From assembly GCA_964019335.1 (NCBI GenBank), contig OZ025651.1, forward strand, positions 434,001 through 498,000: a stretch of 64,000 nt of DNA. Reading direction: 5' to 3'. The notes beneath the pieces are model-generated. The model saw only the letters and a program-made list of their open reading frames with translations. It did not search any database and was not told the DNA's origin. The translations under genes were made by a program, and so were the position numbers. The stretch is from Diplonema japonicum. Lineage: Eukaryota > Protista > Euglenozoa: Diplonemea. Below are positions 39,970 to 50,158 of the stretch, piece by piece; the first letter of the stretch is position 1, and the number at the start of each line of letters is the position of its first letter.

Positions 39970-42900
39970 TTAAATTAAAGACAGCGACCTCCCTGTGGCA
40001 TAAATCATATTTCGCCAAGGCCCACCACAACGCTGGGAAGGATCCCCAGAGCAAGGCGTGTAGCATTCCGTGGCGAAGACGGGGGGTGAGGAAGGGAGAG
40101 ATGCGCCACACCAACATTGATTACCATCCTGAACACCTGCGTACCTATACGAGTCAGCAGCACATATACCAATGCAAAGCTCGACTGTGAGGTACTGGTC
40201 TGTGTCAAAGGCCATCACTGGGAGGGTCCTTGGTGACAATGCATCCACATAACACCCCTCAGGTTCCAATGGAGGAGGCACACCTGTTGAGTATACTGAG
40301 TTCCTCTCACCAGCACCACAAATCTGCCTCCTGTTCCCTGTGCACCTCATGTTGCAGTCGCTGTTTGGTACCGCCTGACCTCCAATGCCGTTTCCACAAA
40401 AGCATTCTAATGCAAATTGAAGCCCGGCGTGGGTGTACCCTGCTTCCCTGCACCTCTCCACGCATATGTCGACCGTCATTCCATTGGAGTCTGCGTGTAT
40501 TTTTTCCGGAAGTGCTCTTGCGTTCACATTGTCCTTGTAGCAGCCTAGGTACACGTTAGGGGACTTGACTTGTGTCTTGTACAGGTTTAGCTTCCCCACC
40601 CCACCGCATGAGGTGTCTGCGTCTCCTGAGCACGGCATGTCGCAGGCTGTGTTTTGAAGTTTCAGAGTATCTGTTGGCTTCATGTTTCCGCACCAGCACT
40701 CCCTCCCAAACTGCAGGCCTGCGTACGTGAAGAAGCTAGCCTCGCAGGTATGCGCACACAGCCGCAACGTCATCGCGCTCGGCTCGTCGCTCACTAGGAA
40801 TTTTAATACACGTGTGTCGATGTTGTCCTGGTAGCACCCCAAGTAGCTTGGGGGGTTCCATGTCGGGATAGTTGCAGGCTCCATAGTGTCAGGCGCACTG
40901 CTGCTCGCATCACTTGTGGCATACACTGATAACCGCAGCGACCCTCCGCACTTGACGGCAGCATCGCCTGCACACTTCGTGTCGCACTCCGCATCAGGCG
41001 ATGTATGCATCGGTAGGACGTTCCCGCAGAAGCACTCCTTGCTGAACTGCGCACCTGCATACGAGTAGCCTTCCCCAAGACACTGTGCTTTGCACATGTC
41101 GATCGTCATCACGTCTGATTCAGGCATGCGCACTGGCAGCACCCTCACATCAATGAAATCCAAGAAGCAACCTTTGTAGCCCCCAGGTGTGGGTATTGGT
41201 AGTGGTGCATTTGACATCGGGACGGGGGACGCTTTCTCAAGTACCTTGTACACCGACACCCTGTGTACCCCTCCGCAGATCTGCCCCGCGTCGCCGCTGC
41301 ACGCCATGTTGCACTCAGACTCGTCAGCTGGCATTGTTGGCAGGAATCCCCCGCAGAAACACTCAACTGCGTACTCGAGGCCTGCGTAAGGGTAACCTTC
41401 AGCCTCGCACATAGACACACACTTGGCTAACGTGAGTGAAGCTGAGTTAGGTTGCTTGTGTGAAAGGACTCTTACATTAACATCGTCATCGATGAAGCAC
41501 CCAACGTAGTACTCAGGAGCAGGTGTAGGTGGTGCATCAGTATCAGGTGCGTCAGTATCGGGAGCATCCGTGTCAGGTGCATCTGTGTCGGGAGCGTCCG
41601 TATCGGGTGCATCAGTATTAGGAGCATCCGTGTTCGGTGCATCAGTATCAGGAGCGTCCGTGTCTGGTGCATCGGTATCGGGTGCGTTAGTTTTTGGTGC
41701 ATCAGTGTCCGGAGCGTCCGTGTCGGGAGCAACAGTATCGGGCGCGTCAGTATCCGGAGCATCAGTATCGGGTGCGTTCGTATCAGGTGCATTAGTGTCA
41801 GGAGCGTCCGTGTCAGGTGCGTCTGTGTCTGGAGCAGCAGTTTCGGGCGCATCTGTGTCCGGAGCGTCCGTGTCGGGCGCATCAGTATCAGGAGCATCTG
41901 TGTCGGGAGAATCAGTTTTGGGTGCGTCAGTATCGGGTGCGTCTGTGTCGGGCGCCTCAGTATCAGGAGCATCCGTGTCAGGCGCATCTGTGTCCGGGGC
42001 ATCAGTTTCGGGTGCGTCAGTGTCGGGAGCATCGGTATCTGGTGCATCAGTATCAGGTGCGTCCGTGTCTGGGGCATCAGTATCAGGTGCATCAGTGTCT
42101 GGAGCGTCCGTGTCAGGTGCGTCTGTGTCTGGGGCATCAGTATCAGGCGCATCTGTGTCCGGAGCGTCCGTGTCGGGCGCATCCGTATCGGGTGCATTAG
42201 TGTCAGGTGCGTCCGTGTCGGGAGCATCCGTATCAGGTGCATCAGTATCGGGAGCATCCGTGTCTGGGGCATCAGTATCAGGCGCATCTGTGTCGGGAGC
42301 ATCAGTTTTGGGTGCGTCAGTGTCTGGTGCGTCTGTGTCGGGCGCCTCAGTATCAGGAGCATCCGTGTCAGGCGCATCTGTGTCCGGGGCATCAGTTTCG
42401 GGTGCGTCAGTGTCGGGAGCATCGGTATCTGGTGCATCAGTATCGGGTGCGTCCGTGTCTGGGGCATCAGTATCAGGCGCATCTGTGTCCGGAGCATCCG
42501 TGTCTGGCGCATCAGTGCCGGGAGCATCAGTATCAGGTGCATCAGTGTCTGGAGCGTCCGTGTCAGGTGCGTCTGTGTCTGGGGCATCAGTATCAGGCGC
42601 ATCTGTGTCCGGAGCATCAGTTTTGGGTGCATCAGTGTCGGGTGCATCAGTATCAGGCGCATCTGTGTCCGGAGCGTCCGTGTCTGGCGCATCAGTGTCG
42701 GGAGCATCGGTGTCGGGTGCATCCGTATCGGGTGCATTAGTGTCAGGAGCGTCCGTGTCTGGTGCATCAGTGTTTGGTGCGTCTGTGTTTGGTGCATCAG
42801 TATCAGGTGCGTCAGTGTCGGGAGCATCAGTATCGGGTGCGTCCGTATCAGGTGCATCAGTGTCCGGAGCGTCTGTGTCAGGTGCGTCCGTGTCGGGCGC

Positions 42901-45900
42901 ATCAGTGTCGGGAGCATCAGTATCGGGAGCGTCCGTATCAGGTGCGTCAGTATCAGGAGCATCCGTGTCAGGTGCGTCTGTGTCGGGAGCTTCAGTTTTG
43001 GGTGCGTCAGTTTCCGGTGCATCCGTATCAGGCGCATTAGTATCAGGAGCGTCCGTGTCGGGCGCATCAGTGTCGGGAGCGTCTGTATCAGGCGCATCAG
43101 TGTCCGGAGCATCCGTGTCTGGCGCATCAGTATCGGGTGCGTCCGTATCAGGCGCATCAGTGTCGGGAGCATCCGTGTGGGGCGCATCCGTATCGGGTGC
43201 ATTAGTGCCAGGAGCGTTCGTGTCGGGAGCATCAGTGTCTGGCGCATCAGTATGGGGTGCGTCCGTGTCGGGTGCATCTGTGTCCGGAGCGTCAGTGTCG
43301 GGCGCATCTGTGTCCGGAGCGTCCGTGTCAGGCGCATCAGTGTCGGGAGCATCAGTTTTGGGTGCATCAGTTTCCGGTGCATCAGTGTCCGGAGCGTCCG
43401 TGTCGGGTGCATCAGTATCAGGAGCATCCGTGTCAGGCGCATCTGTGTCTGGTGCATCTGTATCAGGCGCATCTGTGTCTGGCGCATCAGTGTCGGGAGC
43501 ATCGGTGTCGGGTGCATCCGTATCGGGTGCATTAGTGTCAGGAGCGTCCGTGTCTGGTGCATCAGTGTCTGGTGCGTCTGTGTCGGGTGCATCAGTGTCA
43601 GGAGCGTCCGTGTCTGGTGCATCAGTATCGGGTGCGTCCGTATCAGGAGCATCAGTATCAGGAGCGTCCGTGTCGGGAGCATCAGTGTCGGGCGCATCTG
43701 TGTCCGGAGCGTCTGTGTCTGGCGCATCAGTGTCGGGTGCATCAGTATCGGGTGCGTCCGTATCAGGTGCATCAGTGTCCGGAGCGTCCGTGTCTGGGGA
43801 ATCAGTATCAGGAGCATCTGTGTCGGGAGCATCAGTATTGGGTGCATCCGTATCAGGCGCATCTGTGTCCGGAGCGTCCGTGTCAGGCGCATCTGTGTCG
43901 GGAGCATCAGTTTTGGGTGCGTCAGTTTCCGGTGCATCAGTGTCCGGAGCGTCCGTGTCGGGTGCGTCAGTATCAGGAGCATCCGTGTCTGGCGCATCCG
44001 TATCGGGTGCATTAGTGTCAGGAGCGTCCGTGTCGGGAGCATCAGTATCGGGTGCATTAGTATCAGGAGCGTCCGTGTCTGGTGCGTCTGTGTCGGGTGC
44101 ATCAGTGTCAGGAGCGTCCGTGTCGGGAGCATCAGTGTCGGGCGCATCTGTGTCCGGAGCGTCTGTGTCTGGCGCATCAGTGTCGGGAGCATCAGTATCG
44201 GGTGCGTCCGTATCAGGTGCATCAGTGTCCGGAGCATCCGTGTCGGGAGCATCAGTATCGGGTGCATCCGTATCAGGCGCATCTGTGTCCGGAGCGTCCG
44301 TGTCTGGTGCGTCTGTGTCGGGCGCATCAGTATCAGGCGCATCAGTGTCAGGAGCGTCTGTGTCGGGCGCATCAGTGTCGGGAGCATCAGTATCGGGTGC
44401 GTCCGTGTCGGGTGCATCAGTATCAGGCGCATCAGTGTCAGGAGCGTCTGTGTCGGGCGCATCAGTGTCAGGAGCATCAGTATCGGGTGCATCCGTATCA
44501 GGTGCATCAGTATCCGGAGCGTCCGTGTCTGGCGCATCAGTGTCGGGTGCATCCGTATCAGGTGCGTCCGTGTCTGGTGCATCAGTATCAGGCGCATCAG
44601 TGTCCGGAGCGTCCGTGTCGGGCGCATCTGTATCGGGTGCGTCAGTGTCAGGCGCATCAGTTTCCGGAGCATCCGTGTCGGGAGCATCAGTATTGGGTGC
44701 GTCCGTATCAGGTGCGTCAGTGTCAGGAGCGTCCGTGTCGGGCGCATCAGTGTCCGGAGCATCTGTGTCGGGTGCATCAGTTTTGGGTGCAAATGTCGAT
44801 TCCGTGCCACCACCGCAAGTACAACAGGCCTCCCAAGCAACAGGCTCCCCCAGTCTTCCATTCGAGCCCCCATCCATGCACACAGTGTTAACGACAATGT
44901 AATCACTACATTTCAAACCGTTGATGTCTGTCCACTGTGAGCTGTCAGACAGTGCCTTGTCAACGCACACTACTGTAGGGATCGGGGTATCGGGGATAAC
45001 GGGTGGTGAGGGTGTCGCTGGTGCAGGTGTACTGGGCGGGCGCGTGTCGATGACCCCAGCGCTGCAGCGACAGCAGGCTTCGTTAGCAACGTAGATGTTG
45101 GCATTCAGATCACCGTTGAGACAGCCACCATTGTAAGGAGCGTACTCACTGCAGGGAAGCCCATTGCTGTCGCTCCATGGGGCGTCGTTGGCGAGCGTTT
45201 TATCCACACAACCGATGGGCGAGTGCGTGGCAGGCGCTGATGTCTCGGGTGCAAGTGTCGCGGGAGGGGGTTGTTCTGTGTCTGGCACCTCTGTATCGGG
45301 CACTAGCGTGTCGTACCACCCACCGCTGCATTTGCAGCACGCCTCGTCTGCCGTCCACGTGTTCCGTCTGAGCTCGTTGTTCCGATACCTGCCGAGGGCG
45401 CAATATTCCGCGATACGAACGTCTTGGGAGTACACCTCTACATAATCGTAACCCTGGCAAGGATTGCCCAGACTGTCGACCCAATCATCTCCATTGGGAA
45501 GGGAGCGGTCTGTGCAGTGGTGGGCAGGAACGGGTGTGCCGACAAGTATGGAGGGAACGTTCGTAGAAATGGGGGCAGGGGTGGGGGGTGCGGGGGTCTC
45601 AGGGGGGTCGGTGGTGTACATGCCGCCGTTCTTGCACTTGCAGCACGCTTCATTCGCCACGTAGACGTTGCGGTCTCTACCACCTTGCTTGCAGTTCCCA
45701 TCGGGACGCAATATGTACTCACTGCATACCTTCCCCAAGCTGCTCTCCCACACAGAGCCGTCTGGCAAGCTGTGGTCAGTGCATGTTATGGGGGCAAAGG
45801 TAGCTGGTGCGATGGTGTCAGGTGCTGATGTCGGTTCTGAAGTGTCAGGAGCAGCTGTTGCGGGGTACCCACCCCCGCACTTACAACATGCCTCGTCAGC

Positions 45901-46083
45901 GATGTAAATATACCGATTTTCCGTCCCTGCGAGGCACTCATGGGTATAGATGTAGTCATCACACCCCTGGCCGCGGTTGTCATGCCAAAGGCCGCCTGTC
46001 GGCAGCAAGTAATCGGCGCACTCCGATGCAGCACGCTCCAAGGATGCAGCCAAGCTCATGAACACAAAAAAAGCCCTTCGCAT
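39970..46083 (-). CDS. Secreted mucin-like protein (2037 aa): signal peptide, 5 Cys-rich modules, 217 DTDAP repeats, 5 WSC domains
   Basis: WSC signature YxGCxxD...C...YAGLQFxxECFCG...CxG...CGG present 5 times; N-terminal CxD..W..GxxCxxY...A.EACCxC present 5 times. Confidence 0.92.
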   Translation of the reverse strand: MRRAFFVFMSLAASLERAASECADYLLPTGGLWHDNRGQGCDDYIYTHECLAGTENRYIYIADEACCKCGGGYPATAAPDTSEPTSAPDTIAPATFAPITCTDHSLPDGSVWESSLGKVCSEYILRPDGNCKQGGRDRNVYVANEACCKCKNGGMYTTDPPETPAPPTPAPISTNVPSILVGTPVPAHHCTDRSLPNGDDWVDSLGNPCQGYDYVEVYSQDVRIAEYCALGRYRNNELRRNTWTADEACCKCSGGWYDTLVPDTEVPDTEQPPPATLAPETSAPATHSPIGCVDKTLANDAPWSDSNGLPCSEYAPYNGGCLNGDLNANIYVANEACCRCSAGVIDTRPPSTPAPATPSPPVIPDTPIPTVVCVDKALSDSSQWTDINGLKCSDYIVVNTVCMDGGSNGRLGEPVAWEACCTCGGGTESTFAPKTDAPDTDAPDTDAPDTDAPDTDAPDTDAPNTDAPDTDAPETDAPDTDAPDTDAPDTDAPDTDAPDTDAPDTDAPDTDAPDTDAPDTDAPDTDAPDTDAPDTDAPDTDAPDTDAPDTDAPDTDAPDTDAPDTDAPDTDAPDTDAPDTDAPDTDAPDTDAPDTDAPDTDAPDTDAPDTDAPDTDAPDTDAPDTDAPDTDAPDTDAPDTDAPDTDAPDTDAPDTDAPDTDAPDTDAPDTDAPDTNAPDTDAPDTDAPDTNAPDTDAPDTDAPDTDAPDTDAPDTDAPETDAPKTDAPDTDAPDTDAPDTDAPDTDAPNTDAPDTDAPDTDSPDTDAPDTDAPDTDAPDTDAPDTDAPDTDAPDTDAPDTDAPDTDAPDTDAPDTDAPDTDAPDTDAPDTDAPDTDAPDTDAPDTDAPDTNAPDTDAPDTDAPDTDAPDTDAPDTDAPDTDAPDTDAPDTDAPDTDAPDTDAPETDAPKTDAPDTDAPDTDAPDTDAPDTDAPDTDAPDTDAPHTDAPDTDAPDTNAPGTNAPDTDAPHTDAPDTDAPDTDAPDTDAPDTDAPDTDAPDTDAPDTDAPDTDAPDTNAPDTDAPETDAPKTEAPDTDAPDTDAPDTDAPDTDAPDTDAPDTDAPDTDAPDTDAPDTDAPDTDAPDTDAPDTDAPDTDAPNTDAPNTDAPDTDAPDTNAPDTDAPDTDAPDTDAPDTDAPDTDAPDTDAPDTDAPKTDAPDTDAPDTDAPDTDAPDTDAPDTDAPDTDAPGTDAPDTDAPDTDAPDTDAPDTDAPDTDAPDTDAPDTDAPETDAPDTDAPDTDAPDTEAPDTDAPDTDAPKTDAPDTDAPDTDAPDTDAPDTDAPDTDAPDTDAPDTNAPDTDAPDTDAPDTDAPDTDAPDTDAPDTDAPDTDAPDTDAPDTDAPDTDAPDTDAPDTDAPETDAPDTDAPDTDAPDTEAPDTDAPDTDAPKTDSPDTDAPDTDAPDTDAPDTDAPETAAPDTDAPDTDAPDTNAPDTNAPDTDAPDTDAPDTVAPDTDAPDTDAPKTNAPDTDAPDTDAPDTDAPNTDAPNTDAPDTDAPDTDAPDTDAPDTDAPDTDAPPTPAPEYYVGCFIDDDVNVRVLSHKQPNSASLTLAKCVSMCEAEGYPYAGLEYAVECFCGGFLPTMPADESECNMACSGDAGQICGGVHRVSVYKVLEKASPVPMSNAPLPIPTPGGYKGCFLDFIDVRVLPVRMPESDVMTIDMCKAQCLGEGYSYAGAQFSKECFCGNVLPMHTSPDAECDTKCAGDAAVKCGGSLRLSVYATSDASSSAPDTMEPATIPTWNPPSYLGCYQDNIDTRVLKFLVSDEPSAMTLRLCAHTCEASFFTYAGLQFGRECWCGNMKPTDTLKLQNTACDMPCSGDADTSCGGVGKLNLYKTQVKSPNVYLGCYKDNVNARALPEKIHADSNGMTVDICVERCREAGYTHAGLQFALECFCGNGIGGQAVPNSDCNMRCTGNRRQICGAGERNSVYSTGVPPPLEPEGCYVDALSPRTLPVMAFDTDQYLTVELCIGICAADSYRYAGVQDGNQCWCGASLPSSPPVFATECYTPCSGDPSQRCGGPWRNMIYATGRSLSLI
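41530..44784 (-). repeat. Coding 15-bp tandem repeat, 217 units (DTDAP)
   Basis: 3255 bp, unbroken 15-nt phase, extensive synonymous variation. Confidence 0.95.
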
Positions 46084-46771
46084 TATTTGCTCCTTCCTTT
46101 TTTTCTTTTTTCTTTTTTTTTTTTAGCAGTATAGTACCTGGGTTGTTTGTTTGTCCAGTTTACAAAATGAAATGAAAAAAGGAGGGGAAAAAAAAAAAAA
46201 AAAGCAGCACACTAAACAAGAAAAAAGGGGATGGGAGGGAGCCCCTTTCAACCTTTTTTTTCCTTTTCCTTTCCATCGATTTTATCCTTTGATGTGTAAT
46301 GGTCTGGTTTCTTCCCCCCTCCCCTTTTTTGTTTTCCTCTCTATATATTTTCCCCCTCTTAGGGAGGGAGAAAGTGTGTTTAATAACCCAAAGACATGCT
46401 CTGGGGGGGGGGGGGGGTTCAGCAATGACCTATCATGCTGGGAGATTAAAAAAAGGGGTATTGCTATCATAGGTGGAATCAAGCAGATTACGTTTAAAAA
46501 AAAAAGGAAACAAAAGTGGGGGGAAAAAAAGATGAGAGAGTAAAAAACAATTCTTAATAAAGAATAACGTTGGCAAAGAAGAGCTTTAGGGGAAAGGGGG
46601 TGAATAATAAAACAACGAAATCCTCCCCCTTCTTTTTTTTCTCGCTTCCTTTTTCCTTTTCAACAGGAGGGAGCGAGGAGCGTATTATTTTTTTTTTTCT
46701 CTTTCCCCCTTTGGTACAGGGAAAAGAGGGTGGGTTTTCTTTTTTTTTTTTTTTTGTTTATATAAAAAGAA

Positions 46772-47661
46772 TTAACTCATGAAACCCCTCGCGCTGACGG
46801 GTCCTTTCAATTTCCCTTCCCAACCAAGATTGAGAAGTTTTGTGTACGCCTTTTTTTTTTTTTCTTTTTTTTTTTTTTTTCCCATACCGCAGAGAAATGG
46901 TCCATGAACAAGGCCCTATCATCGGCGTAGGCCCGGCACCATTTCAGCATGTTGGGGTCCTTCGTCAATGCAATGTCTGCAGGCAGCATCATCAAATTCT
47001 TGGATTCATTATCGTAATACTGCTCGTTAGGGGTCCCCGCAGTAGACGGGTTCACAACCCACGTCCGTTTCAGAAGATTGGTGAAGAATGTGTTCGAAAA
47101 AAGGTAAGGGTTTGGCGTCCAAGGCCCAGAGAATCCACTACGGTCAGGATGGCAACGACCCACAGCATGCGCCCCAATAAGAGCAACAGTTTCTTGATCT
47201 GTGAACCCCATCTGACCTGTGAAGACGCACCGGATATGATCAGCAGCCTTGGAAGCGTCTGGAAGCCTACCTGTCTGTGGGCATTTCACACCATCAGTCC
47301 TACCGTAAAAAAAGGGGATCGCAGGGCCACCCATCACCTCGATGGCTACGATGCTTGCAAAGGCCCATAAATCTGCCTGGCTGAGCCCAGGGTATCTTCT
47401 CGCAATGACGCTGAGGATTCCCCTGGCCCTTTCCAAGCCTGCGTTGGCAGGATCGTCGGATTCGGGGCATTTATCCATGGTTCCTTTGTTCCCGCCCGTT
47501 TTGTCCTTTTTGTCGTAGGTTCCGCTGGAATGCCATGCCAACCGGATGAATTCCGGGCCGCATGTTTTGTCCCTCGAGATCAACGTGGCGATGTCCCCAT
47601 ACAGACCTTCTTGCTGAACGTGTGAATTGAGTACTTTTAACCTGTTTTGTGATACACTCAT
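46772..47661 (-). CDS. Class I heme peroxidase (cytochrome c/ascorbate peroxidase family) with a PTS2-like N-terminus; 2 exons (47661-46888, 46849-46772), 283 aa
   Basis: RLAWH, GRLPDA, GAHAVGRCH, GPWT and LMMLPAD motifs; splicing restores the conserved FSAAYTKLLNLG helix. Confidence 0.93.
46850..46887 (-). other. Cis-intron, 38 nt, GTATGGG-A16-G-A13-G
   Basis: Removal repairs a frameshift and restores the conserved C-terminal peroxidase motif (F..A..KL..LG). Confidence 0.92.
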
Positions 47662-47734
47662 TTTTTTTTATTTTTATTTATTTTTTTTACCCCTTCCTTT
47701 GAGGGGAGGAGAATAGATATATTTTTGTATAAAA

Positions 47735-47742
<8 letters not shown>

Positions 47743-47770
<28 letters not shown>
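47743..47770. repeat. (AT)14 microsatellite
   Basis: Direct reading. Confidence 0.9.
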
Positions 47771-47775
<5 letters not shown>

Positions 47776-47776
<1 letters not shown>

Positions 47777-48288
47777 CATAACGTTCTTTCAACTGTATGT
47801 GTCACAGGGCCTTCCGCTTGTATTTTTCTAATAATCTCATCGACATCCGGTTCCTGGTACTCTCCCAGCATTGGTCGGATGAAGTTCTTAGAAACATAAG
47901 TAAACATCACCGAGAAGATCAAGAGGGTGAGGATTGCACGGATAACCATGAACCCAATTTGGTAATTGACTGGAAGCTCGGCCATCATCTCGTCCAAGGT
48001 GGGTTTTTTTGTTTCTTCGGGTTTTTCGTCGGGTTTTTTGGCCTGGGTGTCCTGCTTTTCGGGGATTGCAAAGGCGGCCACGGCCTTGCTGCAGTTGGCC
48101 TTTTTCAAGTTGCTGATTTCCAAGCCCCCTTGTTCACCTAGGAATTTATCAAAGAACACCTCAACAGCATCCCTGACTTCCTCTTCCTTCATCCCCTTCA
48201 GTGCCTCAATCTCACCCACTTCCCCTTCAATATATTTCACAAACTTCCCGTACACACCTTTTCCACATTTTTCAAAAGCTACCTCCAT
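47776..48288 (-). CDS. Hypothetical single-pass membrane protein (170 aa)
   Basis: ORF with one hydrophobic segment (FMVIRAILTLLIFSVMFTYV). Confidence 0.7.
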
Positions 48289-48976
48289 TTGGGATCGTTG
48301 GTTTCTCTCTTTTTTTTCTTTTTCTTTTTTCCTTCCCCCCCTTCCTCTTTATTTTTATTGTATTTTATTTTTCTTTTTCAATTTTTCTTTTTTTCTTTTA
48401 AAGGAGTGATTGGAAAACAAAAAAAAGGGGGGAGGGGAAGCAAAAAAAAGAGTGAAATCCGAGATGGGGGGAGGGGAAAAGAACTTCTTTTAAAAAATAA
48501 AATTAAAAAAAATATCACTGAGGGTGTTTTTTTTTTTTTTTTTTTTTCCCCGAAAGACCCAAATAAAGGGTTATTTTTTTTCTTTCGAGGTTCTTGGTCT
48601 GACATCACGAAATATTTGAGATATTAATGTGCAAATATCCGTTTCCCCCCCCTCCTTTGTGATTTTTTTTCTAAATAGATATCTTTTTAGGGAGGGGGGA
48701 GGGGAGAACTTTAAAAAGAAAAATAGGGAAAAAAAATCTTACGCTGAGGGGGGGGAATGGGAGAAGACAAACAGCGCGTAGCAATGCAACCCCAACAACC
48801 CCCCTCCCCACCAAATCACAATAAAAATAAAAATGGAAAAAAAAAAAAAGATTCTAAGAAAAAAAAAGAAGAAAAAAAAAGAAAACAACAACAAAAAATA
48901 ATCTTTCAAAAAAAAAAAGAAATCTAGTGGAGGGGGGGGGAGAAAAAAAGTTTTCTACTTTTTTTTTTTTTTTAAA

Positions 48977-49630
48977 TTATTTTATCCCGTGGTGGGCAAG
49001 CTTGGCTGCCTGTGACTGTATTTTACTGTCTTTGAGGTGCAGAAGCTGTTCTAGCTTGTGGACCTTCATTTCCAAGATTTCGATGGTTTCCTTCATCTCG
49101 GTGATCATTTCGTCCTTTTCTTGTATTATCTGCTGCTGGATGTTCTGTTGGCTTGGCTGCTGTTGATGAGATGCATGTTGGTGGATTTGCTGAGGTGGGG
49201 GGTGATGGCCGTGGCTAGGGTCCATGTGTGACGGAGGAGACCCCCCCACACCAGTTTGTTGCTGGTGCTGACGCTGAACCTTCTTCTGCTGAATTTGCTG
49301 GATCTTGGTCTGGAGTGCTCGTAGAAACCGTTCAATACTCCCAGGCTGGCACGAACTGATGCCTCTAATTTCTTCAACATCCACTTCAAAATTCAATTTC
49401 TTGAAAACCTTCTGGTTCAGCGTGTCCCAGTTATAAGTCTTTTGAACGGTTGCATGAGCTGCCGGATAGTTATGCAGCTCCACCAGCTTCGGGAAAAAAT
49501 GCTTCACTACTTCTGCCACCAGCATCCCATCAGAAAAGTCCCGAGCGATATTCCTCTTCGGCCTGCTCAATGGTATGGAATCCACCCAATGGTACAAATC
49601 TTGCAGTTCATCCTCATCCAGGATCGCCAT
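48977..49630 (-). CDS. SPEF1: Sperm flagellar protein 1 / CLAMP homologue (CH domain plus C-terminal coiled coil)
   Basis: WVDSIPLSRPKRNIARDFSDG, KLVELHNY, NWDTLNQKVFKKL; tail ETIEILEMKVHKLEQLLHLKD. Confidence 0.92.
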   Translation of the reverse strand: MAILDEDELQDLYHWVDSIPLSRPKRNIARDFSDGMLVAEVVKHFFPKLVELHNYPAAHATVQKTYNWDTLNQKVFKKLNFEVDVEEIRGISSCQPGSIERFLRALQTKIQQIQQKKVQRQHQQQTGVGGSPPSHMDPSHGHHPPPQQIHQHASHQQQPSQQNIQQQIIQEKDEMITEMKETIEILEMKVHKLEQLLHLKDSKIQSQAAKLAHHGIK

Positions 49631-50158
49631 GTCCCCCCCTGTTCCCTTCAGTGGTATGCGTGTTTTTTTCTTCTTTTTTTTTTTCTTTTTTTCGAGTTAA
49701 AAAAAAAAAGAATCGAAGAACAGTGTGGTACATTGTATTGGGAGAGAAAGAAGAAAAAAAAAAAAAAAAAAAAAAAAGGAGGAGCAGAAATGGGAGAGAA
49801 GAGGAAGGAGGAAGAAAAAAAAAAATACCTATTCTGTAGCAATGTCCCCCCCCTCTCCCACCCTTTTTTGTTGCACTAACAATAAACTTTTAATCACACA
49901 GAGCAAAACCTTTACCCTCCCCATTTTTTTCTCTTTTTTCTTCTTTCCCCTTATAATGGAAACAGGAACAGGGAAAGAAAGAGGAAAGGGAAAAAAAAAA
50001 AAAAGAATTCAGACTTTAAAAAGACAAATGATGGAGAAGATTGTTAAACAACCGACCTACCAAGGATTACGTTAGATTCTATATAAAACCGAAAAGGAAG
50101 GGGGGGGGGGGGGAGAAAGGAGAAATCTAATTTTCTTTTATAAAAATAATCTTAAAAT

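Noticed and set aside
41570-44902. 1110-aa plus-strand (GASVS)n ORF and other long alternative-frame ORFs over the repeat
   Set aside because: Shadows of the stop-free DTDAP repeat; synonymous variation and flanking domains support only the 39970-46083 frame.
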